A DNA stretch of 61,454 nucleotides, counting the filler. It is 7 parts of 7 records of this genome, joined end to end, with 100 filler letters (N's around TTAATTAATTAA, not from the genome) between each part and the next. Parts side by side here need not be neighbours in the genome. Positions count along the whole stretch, not along the records: positions 17,714 to 23,709 come from SRR31156797_6133; positions 23,810 to 37,776 come from SRR31156797_6136; 5 more parts are not named here. One strand, given 5' to 3'. Numbering within the stretch: the stretch's first letter is position 1; every line of letters begins with the position of its first letter. Below the pieces are notes generated by a model, which was given only the letters and a program-made list of their open reading frames with translations, had not been told where the DNA came from and did no database searches. Positions 21,014 to 30,905 of this stretch are shown piece by piece. Both the position numbers and the translations under genes were made by a program.

Positions 21014-23662
21014 ATGTTTCGGAAGTTCTTTGCTTGTTTTCTTTTGGTGCTTGGTCTTCTCGGCGCGAATGCCGCCTGGGGCCAGGTGGACGCGCCCGTG
21101 GTGCCCGATCCGGCTGACGGCGCCGTTGATGTGGCCGAGATGCCGGTGCTGACCTGGGCGGCCGACGAAACAGCCTTCCTGTACGATGTCTATCTGGGCA
21201 CGGATATGGACCTCGTCGCGGCCGGGGATGCGAGTGTCTTCCAGGATCAGGTGGCCGAGGCCGCCTTTGCGCCGGACGCCCTGGAGCGCGGGATCACCTA
21301 CTACTGGAAGGTCGACGTGACCACCGGGAACCAAAGAGCGAGTGAGACCCATCCGGGCGATGTCTGGAGCTTCCGGGTGATCGACCGGAACACAGAGAAT
21401 TGGGAAACGACGGTTGCGGGAGATGCACCGGCGTATCTCGACACCTTTGTTGCCAGCGGTGCCTACGACATCGGCGCACTGAGTGGTGAGATCACCTACG
21501 AGTTCGTCGTCAAGAGCAATCCTGATGAGACCCAGGCCAGTATGGCCCTGATCGGCAGGCACGGCCATGGCGAGACGACCGCGGCGCTGAAGTACGAGCA
21601 GTGGAATAACACCGGGACATACGGTGCCACCGCCTACGGCGTGGCCGACTATGACTACGGTGTTCCGACGGCGCCGGGTGAGTACACCCATCTGACGTTC
21701 GTGTCCAGCGAAGATGCCGCGACGACCACGCTGTATGTCAATGGCGTCGAGGCGGGCAGTGTCGCCGGCGCCATTACCTTGGCGGGTGTTGTCGGCATCG
21801 GTCGTGCCATCCAAGATCCGGAAGGAGCCGAGTTCATCGATGACTTCGATGGGGCGATTTTCGGCGTGGCGATCTACGACGTGGCGCTTGCCGCTGACAC
21901 CATCGCCAAGCATAGCGGCAGCTACTTCACGCCGATCGCCATCACCGATCCGAACCTGTTGATCTACTACAATTTCGAATCAGGCGAAGGCACCGCCGTC
22001 ATCGACGCCTCGGGGCACGGCAACCACAGTCAGTTCATGGGAACCCCGGAATGGACGGCGGGCGCTTTCGGAGGCGGTCTGGCCATCGTGCGCGATGAGG
22101 TTGACTACATCGAGACGACCGGCACTCTGGGCATCACGACCAACACCGTTACTGTCAGCGGTTGGGTGAAGCACGACGAGACACCTCAGGGCTGGTCCGG
22201 TATCCTGACTCACCGGGGCAGCGGCAACCTGGGCCTGCAGCACAATGGCGCGGAAGGTCCGGACGGTGCGGAACTCCGCTATATGTGGGGCGCCGATCAA
22301 TACTGGGACTTCTCCTCAGGACTGCTGATTCCCAACGGCGAATGGTACTTCGCGGCGCTAGCCATCTCACCGGACATGGCCACGCTATATCTCAACGGCG
22401 CTGAGCTAACGGCGACCAATGTCGCTGAGCACGTGCCGGTGACGTTCGACAGCGAGATTCGCGTTGCCAGAGACCATGTTGACGATCGCATTATGACCTG
22501 TGTGATCGACGAAGTCAGGCTTTACGACAAGACGCTCTCGGATGTTGAGATTCTCAAGCTCATGGGAACCGTCGCGGATGTCACGGGCCCCGGGGACGTC
22601 GTTCAGGGCGTTCCGAACGATGAAGACTGGCCGGGCGCGGAGACACCTGACCTGGCAGTCGATGATGACACGGCCACGAAGTATCTGCACTTCAAAGGCG
22701 AAACGGAACCGACCGGATTCCAGATCGCGCCGGCTTCCGGCCTGACCATTGTCACGGGGCTGACCCTCACCACGGCCAACGATGCCATCGAGCGTGACCC
22801 CATTTCATTCGAGCTCTCGGGTTCCAATGAGAGCATTGATGGGCCATACGAGGTGATTGCCAGCGGTGACATCGTCGACTTCGCCCAGGAGACGGCCTGG
22901 CCGCGCTTCACGATGAACGTCACACCGATTGTATTTGAGAACCATGTGGCCTACCAATACTACCAGGTCATGTTCCCCGCCGTCCGAGACCCCGGCAGTG
23001 CCAACAGCATGCAGATTGCCGAAGTGGAACTGTTGGGCACCCCCGGCCCCGTGGCCCACTGGGCCCTGGACGACGCCGCAGGTGCCGTAGCACTGGACTC
23101 CAGCGCCAATGCCAATGACGGCGCGGTGATGGGCGACCCCCTGTGGGTCGAAGGCATTATGGGCGGTGCCCTGGATCTGGATGGTGTGGACGACTACGTC
23201 GATTGCGGCGGCGCAGCGCTCTACAGTATCACCGACGCCTTTACCCTGAGCGTCTGGATCAATTGGCGGACTCCCGCCGCCGAATGGCAGACGGTGGTTG
23301 CCAAAGGCGACAATGCCTGGCGACTGGCCCGCGGCGGCGATACGCAGACGATGGACTTCGGGTTCACCGCCGGAGGCGATCGAGGGTGGCAAGCGGCGCG
23401 CACGGCCAGTGAGGTACCGCTGGGCGAATGGCATCATGTCGCCGCCACGATTGACACGGTCGAAGGCGCCAAGATCTATCTCGATGGTGTCCTGGAAGGC
23501 ACCAATCCGGACTTGGGCGGTATCACCGTGGGCGACTACCCGGCGTATATCGGCGAGAATCCTCAGGCGGCAGGGCGCTTCTGGGACGGCCTCGTTGATG
23601 ATGTTCGGATCTATGGTGGCGTGCTGTCTGCGCCTCAGATTAGTCGACTCGCGAACCCCTAA
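21014..23662 (+). CDS. Secreted multi-domain LamG/concanavalin-like protein
   Basis: AAGGAGG RBS at 21001; signal peptide; TYYWKVD...GDVWSF module; three LamG-like domains ending GVAIYD, IDEVRLYD and VDDVRIYG. Confidence 0.88.
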   Translation: MFRKFFACFLLVLGLLGANAAWGQVDAPVVPDPADGAVDVAEMPVLTWAADETAFLYDVYLGTDMDLVAAGDASVFQDQVAEAAFAPDALERGITYYWKVDVTTGNQRASETHPGDVWSFRVIDRNTENWETTVAGDAPAYLDTFVASGAYDIGALSGEITYEFVVKSNPDETQASMALIGRHGHGETTAALKYEQWNNTGTYGATAYGVADYDYGVPTAPGEYTHLTFVSSEDAATTTLYVNGVEAGSVAGAITLAGVVGIGRAIQDPEGAEFIDDFDGAIFGVAIYDVALAADTIAKHSGSYFTPIAITDPNLLIYYNFESGEGTAVIDASGHGNHSQFMGTPEWTAGAFGGGLAIVRDEVDYIETTGTLGITTNTVTVSGWVKHDETPQGWSGILTHRGSGNLGLQHNGAEGPDGAELRYMWGADQYWDFSSGLLIPNGEWYFAALAISPDMATLYLNGAELTATNVAEHVPVTFDSEIRVARDHVDDRIMTCVIDEVRLYDKTLSDVEILKLMGTVADVTGPGDVVQGVPNDEDWPGAETPDLAVDDDTATKYLHFKGETEPTGFQIAPASGLTIVTGLTLTTANDAIERDPISFELSGSNESIDGPYEVIASGDIVDFAQETAWPRFTMNVTPIVFENHVAYQYYQVMFPAVRDPGSANSMQIAEVELLGTPGPVAHWALDDAAGAVALDSSANANDGAVMGDPLWVEGIMGGALDLDGVDDYVDCGGAALYSITDAFTLSVWINWRTPAAEWQTVVAKGDNAWRLARGGDTQTMDFGFTAGGDRGWQAARTASEVPLGEWHHVAATIDTVEGAKIYLDGVLEGTNPDLGGITVGDYPAYIGENPQAAGRFWDGLVDDVRIYGGVLSAPQISRLANP

Positions 23663-23709
23663 CGCCGGAGGCCTGCCTTGACGGAGGTTTGAACAGGTCC
23701 ACAGCAATG

Positions 23710-23809
23710 NNNNNNNNNNNNNNNNNNNNNNNNNNNNNNNNNNNNNNNNNNNNTTAATTAATTAANNNNNNNNNNNNNNNNNNNNNNNNNNNNNNNNNNN
23801 NNNNNNNNN
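23710..23809. other. Artificial contig spacer
   Basis: N-run + TTAATTAATTAA + N-run. Confidence 0.98.
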
Positions 23810-23810
23810 T

Positions 23811-24740
23811 GCTGTACAACACTCTAACCAACACTCTGACCAATCCACGGACGATCCCGTTCATTGGCTCACCGAAAGACAGGCTATAATTTTAAAATTT
23901 CTAATTCAAAATGAAAGCAATTTAACACGCCTACGCGATGTCACTCAAAACACTGATATTCCTAAAGGAACCGTCCGAGACTCCTTAAGGGTTCTAGAAA
24001 AATACGGATTTATTTCACACCCTGAACGTTTTAGAAGAGGGCGATTTCAAGGGTTTTCTTATTCTCCAAACAAAGAAAAATGTACCCGCTTTATGAAGAT
24101 TAGAGGCGATACCATCCCCTTACGGTTGACCGTACCGCAGACCGTACCGCACGCGGTACAACACTCTGACCGCCCTTTAAATTTTCCAGAAAACCCCACT
24201 CCTATTAAAAAGATAGATAGAAGATATATCTATCTATCTAAAGACGCGCGCGCGACCCTGTTGAATGCGAATCCGGTGCTCGGGGAAATTGGTTTTGAAG
24301 ATCGGCAATTGAAGGAGGTTATCGAAGCCTGGAAAATTTTAGGGCAAGATTTGACGACTCTGCCCGAATCATTGGAAAGGGTTACTTGGGCAATTGAAAA
24401 CGATTCGAAGGACAATCCGAAAATCGATAATGCGCTAAATTACGTTTACGGCTCATTGAAAAAAGGACCTTTTGCAAAATTGAAAGGATTCGTTTCAAAA
24501 AAAGAAAAAGCGCTACAAGAAAAAATTGACGAAGAACAACGCCTAATCGACAAAGAACAACAGATTAAAGAAAAACAGAAAGAACTCAAAAATCTTAAAT
24601 TCGAGAATTGGTGGAATAACTTGACGCAAAAAGAGCGAAATAACATTGACAAAACATCAAAATTCAAATTAACTGAAGGCAGTCCAGTAGCAATCGCACA
24701 TCGTATGAATCATTTTGAAAAGAGGGAAGGGGAGGGTTAA
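23811..24740 (+). CDS. Putative replication initiator with winged-HTH domain (5'-truncated)
   Basis: Frame is open from the contig edge, 94 codons upstream of the listed ORF: LTERQAIILKFL...TRLRDVTQNTDIPKGTVRDSLRVLEKYGFI (wHTH), flanked by 12-bp coding repeats. Confidence 0.6.
   Translation, partial: AVQHSNQHSDQSTDDPVHWLTERQAIILKFLIQNESNLTRLRDVTQNTDIPKGTVRDSLRVLEKYGFISHPERFRRGRFQGFSYSPNKEKCTRFMKIRGDTIPLRLTVPQTVPHAVQHSDRPLNFPENPTPIKKIDRRYIYLSKDARATLLNANPVLGEIGFEDRQLKEVIEAWKILGQDLTTLPESLERVTWAIENDSKDNPKIDNALNYVYGSLKKGPFAKLKGFVSKKEKALQEKIDEEQRLIDKEQQIKEKQKELKNLKFENWWNNLTQKERNNIDKTSKFKLTEGSPVAIAHRMNHFEKREGEG
23817..23852 (+). repeat. 12-bp tandem repeats in the rep-like gene
   Basis: CAACACTCTAAC CAACACTCTGAC CAATCCACGGAC. 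Confidence 0.7.
24129..24170 (+). repeat. 12-bp tandem repeats in the rep-like gene
   Basis: ACCGTACCGCAG ACCGTACCGCAC GCGGTACAACAC TCTGAC; shares GTACAACACTCT with the repeat at the contig start. Confidence 0.7.
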
Positions 24741-24988
24741 TGAATAAAGCGTCTTTTGACAATGAAATTCTGCGCGCCAGAACGATGGTTGAGTATGATC
24801 GAAAACCTGATTATTGGTATGCTTTTCAGGATGGCCTGAAACGGCAATTTTACGGCGATAAATATTCCAGCCAGGCCATTCACGATCTTTTGCTGAACCA
24901 GGTCCATTCGTCCGACGCCTGCCACCGGTTAAAAGGGAAGGGTTATCGGGACGGTTTTTATTTTCGTCCGGTTTTACGAAAATCTTAA
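24740..24988 (+). CDS. Hypothetical protein
   Basis: GGAGG RBS; TAATG coupling to the upstream gene. Confidence 0.75.
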   Translation: MNKASFDNEILRARTMVEYDRKPDYWYAFQDGLKRQFYGDKYSSQAIHDLLLNQVHSSDACHRLKGKGYRDGFYFRPVLRKS

Positions 24989-25064
24989 ACTCAGCTGTTA
25001 AAATTTTTAAATAATCTCGAATTATATTCGAAGATCAAAGCCTTAAACATAAGAAGGGGGTCCT

Positions 25065-26234
25065 GTGAAAATATCATATCGCGCAATCACGCCTTTTTTC
25101 GTACTTGTCTTGCTGTTAATCGTTTTTACCGGAACCGCAAATGCAATAACACAATCGAAATTTTATTATTCTTTCAAAGAACTGCCTGAATTTATTGCAA
25201 TTGATGCTGATGATAATGGCCTTTATGACTATTATCTGATTACCGATAGCCACTGGGTGGCCAGTGTGCATTGTTTTGGTGGTGTTGCCTGTGGTGATGA
25301 AACGCCGGAACTGGAAGCCTATGTTTACGAATGGAAATTGAATCCTGATCTAAGTAAAGAAATAATTTACGACAAACCCATTATGACCTTTTACGGCGAT
25401 AACCACAAAATTGAGTTCGATCTTCCTATCAAAAATTTGCCGTATCGAACTGTTGTGGTCATGAGGTTTTCGAATTGGGATCCTAATGAACCTCAAATAC
25501 ACGGTCGAAGCTATACGTTTTATACACAAAAACCCGACCCGGCGCCAGCCCCCCATATCTGGGAATATTACGATTGGGACGCGAAAGAAACTAAAGTCGG
25601 AATGCAAATGGACGACATTGGTGATCTTTCCGTTTTTAACAATCTGTTCGTCAACGGCGCTTCTGCCTGGGGGGACGCACCGTTTGTGCTTGGTCAGACT
25701 CTTCGAAATCGCGGAATGGTCATTTCTAACATGCATCCCAATTACCCCAAAAATATTTATTTCGGTTGGAATACCGGCCCAGTTCAAGAATTCGCCGAAA
25801 TCTTCGCTTTGCAGGAAGGCATCGCCTGGAAAAATCTTGTTCTGAACCCTCATGGCGGAAATTTGGGTGTCGGGACAAAAAACCCGAGATTCTTAATCGA
25901 TACAGCCGGTGGTGCTTATTGCAACGGGTCCGCCTGGGTCAACGCATCCAGCCGGGAACTGAAACAGGACATCCGGAGCCTTTCTTCAGCTGAAGCATTC
26001 GCCGTGTTGAAAAGATTGGTTCCGAAGGAATACGCCTATAAAGCCGATCCGTCGGAAAAGACCCTTGGCTTCATCGCGGAGGACGTTCCAGATCTGGTCG
26101 CCACGAATGACCGGAAATCCATCAACACGATGGACATCGTTGCCGTATTGACCAAGGTTGTTCAGGACCAGCAAAAGGCCATTGAAAGGCAACAAAGGGA
26201 AATTGAGAAATTGAAAGGTCTGTTGAAGAAATGA
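25065..26234 (+). CDS. Secreted protein with C-terminal intramolecular chaperone (peptidase S74 / tail-fibre chaperone) domain
   Basis: Signal peptide (ANA); GNLGVGTKNP; SSRELKQDI cleavage motif; GFIAEDVP; terminal coiled coil. Confidence 0.85.
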   Translation: MKISYRAITPFFVLVLLLIVFTGTANAITQSKFYYSFKELPEFIAIDADDNGLYDYYLITDSHWVASVHCFGGVACGDETPELEAYVYEWKLNPDLSKEIIYDKPIMTFYGDNHKIEFDLPIKNLPYRTVVVMRFSNWDPNEPQIHGRSYTFYTQKPDPAPAPHIWEYYDWDAKETKVGMQMDDIGDLSVFNNLFVNGASAWGDAPFVLGQTLRNRGMVISNMHPNYPKNIYFGWNTGPVQEFAEIFALQEGIAWKNLVLNPHGGNLGVGTKNPRFLIDTAGGAYCNGSAWVNASSRELKQDIRSLSSAEAFAVLKRLVPKEYAYKADPSEKTLGFIAEDVPDLVATNDRKSINTMDIVAVLTKVVQDQQKAIERQQREIEKLKGLLKK

Positions 26235-26247
26235 AATATATACGAGG

Positions 26248-26778
26248 ATGGTTATACTCATGAGTAAAACAAAACCAAAAAAACCAGTTGAAGGTTTTGA
26301 TGAGATTTATAATATCGTCGAAGTTTCAAAATTTTTAAGAAAAAGTTCACAATGGACGGTTCGGTATGCTGTAGAACTCGGAGGTGTGAAAATTGGTCAT
26401 ACTTGGTTTTTTGCAAAAAGCAACCTCGAAAGAATTTTGAAGGTTAGTGTTGAGAGCGAAAGTCAAATACTTCAATTGAAAAGAAATCGTTTAAACGCAT
26501 TGGCCGCTCTTATTGAATTGTCTGGTTTGAAAGACGATATTCAGAAAATTTCGAGTACGAAAATCCCGTCTGAATTTCTGGAGTTTGATGAAGTTCCTGT
26601 TTTGTTAAAAGATGATGAATTTTTGCCGGTTAAAAAAATCTCTGATTTATTGGGGTTAACCGTCTTTCAAATCCATAGAAACGCCGAGCAGCTTGGTGGT
26701 GTTTTTGTAGGCGGTAAAACCGGACGATGGCTATTTACAAAAAAACGTTTCATGGTTGCATTCCATAGCATCTCGTAA
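26248..26778 (+). CDS. Protein with two excisionase/MerR-like HTH domains
   Basis: Internal duplication: EVSKFL..ELGGVKIGHTWFF and KISDLL..QLGGVFVGGKTGRWLF. Confidence 0.65.
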   Translation: MVILMSKTKPKKPVEGFDEIYNIVEVSKFLRKSSQWTVRYAVELGGVKIGHTWFFAKSNLERILKVSVESESQILQLKRNRLNALAALIELSGLKDDIQKISSTKIPSEFLEFDEVPVLLKDDEFLPVKKISDLLGLTVFQIHRNAEQLGGVFVGGKTGRWLFTKKRFMVAFHSIS

Positions 26779-26789
26779 AAAAAACGCTC

Positions 26790-27371
26790 ATGTCAGAAAT
26801 AAATAGAAAAAAGAAAGAGCAAAATATCAAGGAGATATTTAAAGCCACTTTAGAAATTACAAACAATTATGGTCTCCTTGGTGCGACTATATCCAAAATC
26901 GCTAGTGCAGCTGAACTTTCTCCGGCAACGATTTACATTTATTACAAAAACAAAGAAGATTTAATGATTACAACATTTTCTCAGGTTTATAAAAAAATAG
27001 GTGAAGTCGCAAAAAAAAATCTTGATGAAAAAGGAACGATTGAAGATAAAATAAAACACTGTTACAGAAATATATTAGTTTTTTCAGTAAATAATCGGAA
27101 ATATTATAGTTTCTTTGAACAATTCGTTAACACTCCATATATCCAAAATGTCGATATTGATGAAGTCATAAACACCTTTAGCACTTGTTTATGTGTCATA
27201 AAGGAAGGAATGGCGGCAGGCCTTATCAAACCGGATATTAGCATTGCCAGATCATTTGTTTTTGGTACTATTATTTTTTTATCGAACCCTTACCTTTGCC
27301 CAGGATTTAAATTAACAAATGAAAAAATAGAAATGGCAGCTCAGTCATCTTGGGATGCCATAAGAAAATAA
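26790..27371 (+). CDS. TetR/AcrR-family regulator
   Basis: ATISKIASAAELSPATIYIYYKNKEDL motif. Confidence 0.92.
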   Translation: MSEINRKKKEQNIKEIFKATLEITNNYGLLGATISKIASAAELSPATIYIYYKNKEDLMITTFSQVYKKIGEVAKKNLDEKGTIEDKIKHCYRNILVFSVNNRKYYSFFEQFVNTPYIQNVDIDEVINTFSTCLCVIKEGMAAGLIKPDISIARSFVFGTIIFLSNPYLCPGFKLTNEKIEMAAQSSWDAIRK

Positions 27372-27702
27372 CTTCCCAGGGTAAACACATTCAGAGTTAT
27401 AGACGATGTGTGATACCGTGGAGAAAAAAATGAAAACGCTCAAATTCGCCCCAGGATCGCGGTTTATAAAAAATACGGCCCCTTTTACGTCTCGTCTCCT
27501 TAACGCTTCACACGGCCCCGATTTACTTCAAATTCTATGTAATGCAACACTGTGGAGGAAATATAACATTGTTTTTTTGTAGGGTAGGGCGTTTTGGCCT
27601 TCCGATTATGAAAATTTACATCAATGTTATTAAAAAAATAAACTGTTACATAAGGGGTTTTTAAAGGCAAACGCACATAATATTCGTGAATGTATAGATG
27701 GA

Positions 27703-27739
27703 TTATTCGTGATTTGTAAAAAAAATCTCTTAATACATA
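27703..27739 (+). repeat. 37-bp conserved upstream motif, copy 1 (putative promoter/operator)
   Basis: TTATTCGTGATTTGTAAAAAAAATCTCTTAATACATA; 35/37 identical to 34224-34260. Confidence 0.85.
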
Positions 27740-27810
27740 ATTAACGATGCGGTAAACAACGCAATCTCAAGTCAAAGCTCGGTACGCCGAGCAAGGAAAG
27801 GAGAATCATC

Positions 27811-28593
27811 ATGATCCAATATAATCGTATTGAGGCCGCGCTGGCCTCGCTGGCAGACAGCACGGACCGGAGCATCGCGCTCCGAAATGAGACCTTCACT
27901 TTTAGCGGGCTTAACAGCCCGTACGTTTCACACCAATCTTGTGTAATGTCCCAGGGGCACCATGTCCCTGGGACGGCCGTTTTTTCAAACGGCCGTTACA
28001 CCTTAGTGGTTACATGGAAAAATTCATGGGTTGGGTTTGACCCGGCTCTACCCACTTTTGACGAACCCAACTCACCTCATTGGCGTGCTCTTCCGGCCCA
28101 CATGGTTCAACCATTATTAAAATTTCCGGCCACAGCGCCGGAATGGTTAAGGGATGGCCGCGTCCTGTTTGTTATGGTCCCCGATTTTTTCTCTCATCTC
28201 GATGGTGAGGGAAAACCGGTTTTCCGGCCCACTTGCCGCATCACCGCCACTTTCTCCGATGGGCAGGGTAATGAGAGCCTTCGGGTTCTCGTCGAAGAAG
28301 ATAATTCGGAGGCTGTTGATTCGGCCTCTGGACTCCGGTTGTATAACGGCCGAATCTGGCAAGGCGGTAAAAATGGTAGCCCGCTTAGCCAAGAGCGGGT
28401 CGTAAACGTCGGTAAGGTTGAACCTTCTGATGAATTTGCGGAATTGATTCCGCAAACGCTGGGCGAATTCATCCAGTGTAAAACAGGGCATAAATGCCCT
28501 GACGAAAAAGGGGAATGGAGAGAATGTCCGGACTCTTGTCCGGGAAAAACCGAAAATTGGCACTGGCGGGATGCCAGTGCCGAAGAGGATTAA
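27811..28593 (+). CDS. Hypothetical protein, first gene of the orphan array
   Basis: AAGGAG RBS preceded by hairpin GCTCGG-tacg-CCGAGC; Cys-rich C-terminus. Confidence 0.8.
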   Translation: MIQYNRIEAALASLADSTDRSIALRNETFTFSGLNSPYVSHQSCVMSQGHHVPGTAVFSNGRYTLVVTWKNSWVGFDPALPTFDEPNSPHWRALPAHMVQPLLKFPATAPEWLRDGRVLFVMVPDFFSHLDGEGKPVFRPTCRITATFSDGQGNESLRVLVEEDNSEAVDSASGLRLYNGRIWQGGKNGSPLSQERVVNVGKVEPSDEFAELIPQTLGEFIQCKTGHKCPDEKGEWRECPDSCPGKTENWHWRDASAEED

Positions 28594-28602
28594 AAAATTT
28601 TG

Positions 28603-28642
28603 CCCGCAACTGGCGTAATGCCGGAAGCGGGTTCTTTTTTTT
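28603..28642 (+). terminator. Terminator-like hairpin with T-run
   Basis: CCCGC...GCGGG followed by TTCTTTTTTTT. Confidence 0.55.
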
Positions 28643-28652
28643 GGAGGATATT

Positions 28653-29190
28653 ATGAACTATGAAAAAGTTAAGACGACTCGCCGCCGTCTTGAAGATCAA
28701 ATTCGTCAGGACTGCGCCCGGCTTGAACGGTTAGGCGTTGACCCTGCGGAACTCGTCCAGGCCCTGGAGGGTTGTATGGGGTTTTGGTGGGGTGAATTGC
28801 AGGACATCGAGATTCCGGGGAAATAGCACAAATCGAAGAGAAGAGTACAACCGTGCCGTTCGTGCCGAAATGGCCGGTGGTGAAGGCACTCTCGAATTGT
28901 TGAGGAAGGTCTATTTCTTCCGGAATAAAAAAAAGCTTTATGGGTCAATTACGGATACAAGAAAATTATTGGCTGAAATTGAAACGGAGTTGAACGAAAT
29001 TAGGATGAAAAGAACAGAGAGTTTTATGGGGGTCGAATTCGAGATCGACTGTATCGCAGACAGAGACACATTGCAAAAACGTGCGCAAAACGGCGAACTT
29101 ACGCCGAATGGTTATTATATGGCGCTTAAAGCGTCGTGGAACAACCTGACTGATTCTGAAAAAGCCGAAGAATTGGGGAAAATTGCCTAA
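28653..29190 (+). CDS. Hypothetical protein, apparently frameshifted at G4 (28817-28820)
   Basis: GGAGG RBS then MNYEKVK...IEIPG; removing one G continues into NSTNRREEYNRAVRAEMAG...ELGKIA. Confidence 0.6.
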
Positions 29191-29251
29191 AAAACATGTG
29201 GTCCCCGGCATCCACACCGATACCGGGGGAGGGAAGAAAAGGAGTAACAAA

Positions 29252-29553
29252 ATGAAATTATGTGATGCATGCGGAAAACCAGTAAAAGGCGGGATCGGAA
29301 TTGGATCAGCACTGATGTGCCGAGAATGTGAGCCCCTGGTAGTTGCTGAAATCACCCGGCTCAGGGAGGACGGAAAACCGGTCAATGCCCTGCATATTGC
29401 TAAACGGATTTACCGGGAAAAAACAGTGGTGGAGATTACAGGCTCCGCGAAATCCCCGCCGATCTCTGGGACCGTGCAAAACACCGGGCGGTCGATGATG
29501 GGGATTCGTTGCGGGATCTGATTTTAAAGGCCCTGCATGAGTATTTAAAATAA
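29252..29553 (+). CDS. Zinc ribbon plus ribbon-helix-helix regulator, apparently frameshifted at A6 (29418-29423)
   Basis: AAGGAG RBS; CDAC...CREC; adding one A gives ...DYRLREIPADLWDRAKHRAVDDGDSLRDLILKALHEYLK*, a typical RHH pattern. Confidence 0.7.
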
Positions 29554-29581
29554 CCAGCGCGGGGGATAGCAAGAGGGAGGG

Positions 29582-29836
29582 ATGATCATGGAGGTACGAC
29601 GCATCAAGGGAGTCCAAGGCGGTTATCATATCACCCGTGTTAGAGGCTTCAATCAAGTAAATTACTTGCGGGCACCGGGAGAAAATTTTGAACTAGTTGC
29701 ATCTATTCCGTGCGGACAATTTGGTGGACCGGGGAATCCAGGATCGCCAGACCTTAGCCCGATGGGAAACCCGAATGCAACACGCGATATAAACACAGCG
29801 ATCATGGAACACGCCACTAGGGTCAAGGAGGGATGA
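29582..29836 (+). CDS. Hypothetical protein
   Basis: GGAGGG RBS; stop overlaps the next start. Confidence 0.72.
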   Translation: MIMEVRRIKGVQGGYHITRVRGFNQVNYLRAPGENFELVASIPCGQFGGPGNPGSPDLSPMGNPNATRDINTAIMEHATRVKEG

Positions 29837-30501
29837 TCATGAAAACAGTGAAAAATGACAGAATCCGCGTCACGGTATCAGATGAAAAATGGGAGTCGTA
29901 CCGTGACCATGCAGAGCGTTTGGTCCAGATCAGTGCAAATCGCCAAAATGTTGAGCAAACCATTCGGGGGCTCGTCTTGTCCGACGCAATGAGCAAAATA
30001 GGAAATCGCTCAGAAAAAGAATTGCTGAAAGACGAGAGACCAAGTAAGGCCGAAATTTTCGAAAAAGCGAGATTGATGCTGCGAGACCGTTATTTGGCAG
30101 AACATTGCAAATATGATTTAATGAATGTGCTTCAACGGCTTCATGCCGGCGCACGGCTGTCAACGGGAATGCAAATCGACGTTGATGAGGCAAATGCCTA
30201 TGCAGATGGCATTTTGAGCCCGATTACCCCTGAAAAGGCGACGAAAATCCTCGCCCCATACTTCGGAGAAAAAGAGAAAACAAGCGAGTATCGGCGAGTC
30301 CTTAAAAATACAAACTTACGGATGAATCCGAGCGAATACCCCGAAAAAATTCTGGCTGAGGCCACTGAAATTCTGCGAGAGGAAGTAGAAAACGAACGGA
30401 AATACCGTTCGGCCCGTAGTGACATGGACGGATGGGAAATTGAAATAATCGGCGACATGCCCGAACAAATCGGCATGTGTCGGTTTACCGCCACTCAATA
30501 A
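29833..30501 (+). CDS. Hypothetical protein
   Basis: GGAGG RBS; ATGA coupling; 222-aa ORF. Confidence 0.8.
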   Translation: MIMKTVKNDRIRVTVSDEKWESYRDHAERLVQISANRQNVEQTIRGLVLSDAMSKIGNRSEKELLKDERPSKAEIFEKARLMLRDRYLAEHCKYDLMNVLQRLHAGARLSTGMQIDVDEANAYADGILSPITPEKATKILAPYFGEKEKTSEYRRVLKNTNLRMNPSEYPEKILAEATEILREEVENERKYRSARSDMDGWEIEIIGDMPEQIGMCRFTATQ

Positions 30502-30521
30502 CCAGGAGAAGAAAAAAAACA

Positions 30522-30638
30522 ATGCCAACAAAAGAAGTTTTCTTTGAGAAATACAAGGGTGGAAAACGCAGAGAAGAGTATAATCGGGCCGTCCGAGCTG
30601 AGATGGCAGGTATTGATCGTACTCAGGATAGCGCATAA
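30522..30638 (+). CDS. 38-aa small protein (not in the ORF track)
   Basis: AGGAG RBS; MPTKEVFFEKYKGGKRREEYNRAVRAEMAGIDRTQDSA*; shares 15 identical residues with 28834-28878. Confidence 0.7.
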   Translation: MPTKEVFFEKYKGGKRREEYNRAVRAEMAGIDRTQDSA

Positions 30639-30658
30639 CACACAAGGGAGGAGACGTC

Positions 30659-30868
30659 ATGAAAGCGTGTAACGATCAAGAACAATGGGTGGACACTGGA
30701 CGGTGGGTTGCGTGGAATAACGATAGCCACAAAATTGAGGCGGATAATTTCGCTACAGCACATTCGTGTTTTAACTGGATTGATAAAAAATTTCCAGAAG
30801 ATGCAAACGGCGTCCAGGAAAATGTCAGGCCAGAATGGTTTGACTATGAAATTTCAGATGATCATTAA
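30659..30868 (+). CDS. Small acidic, Trp-rich hypothetical protein
   Basis: GGAGGAG RBS; 69 aa. Confidence 0.75.
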   Translation: MKACNDQEQWVDTGRWVAWNNDSHKIEADNFATAHSCFNWIDKKFPEDANGVQENVRPEWFDYEISDDH

Positions 30869-30905
30869 AAAACGGGGCCGTTAAAATCGAAAAACTTAGA
30901 GGAGA

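Noticed and set aside
29412-29426. Programmed -1 ribosomal frameshift
   Set aside because: In-frame codons CGG GAA AAA ACA do not form a canonical X XXY YYZ heptamer; sequencing error or slippage is more likely.
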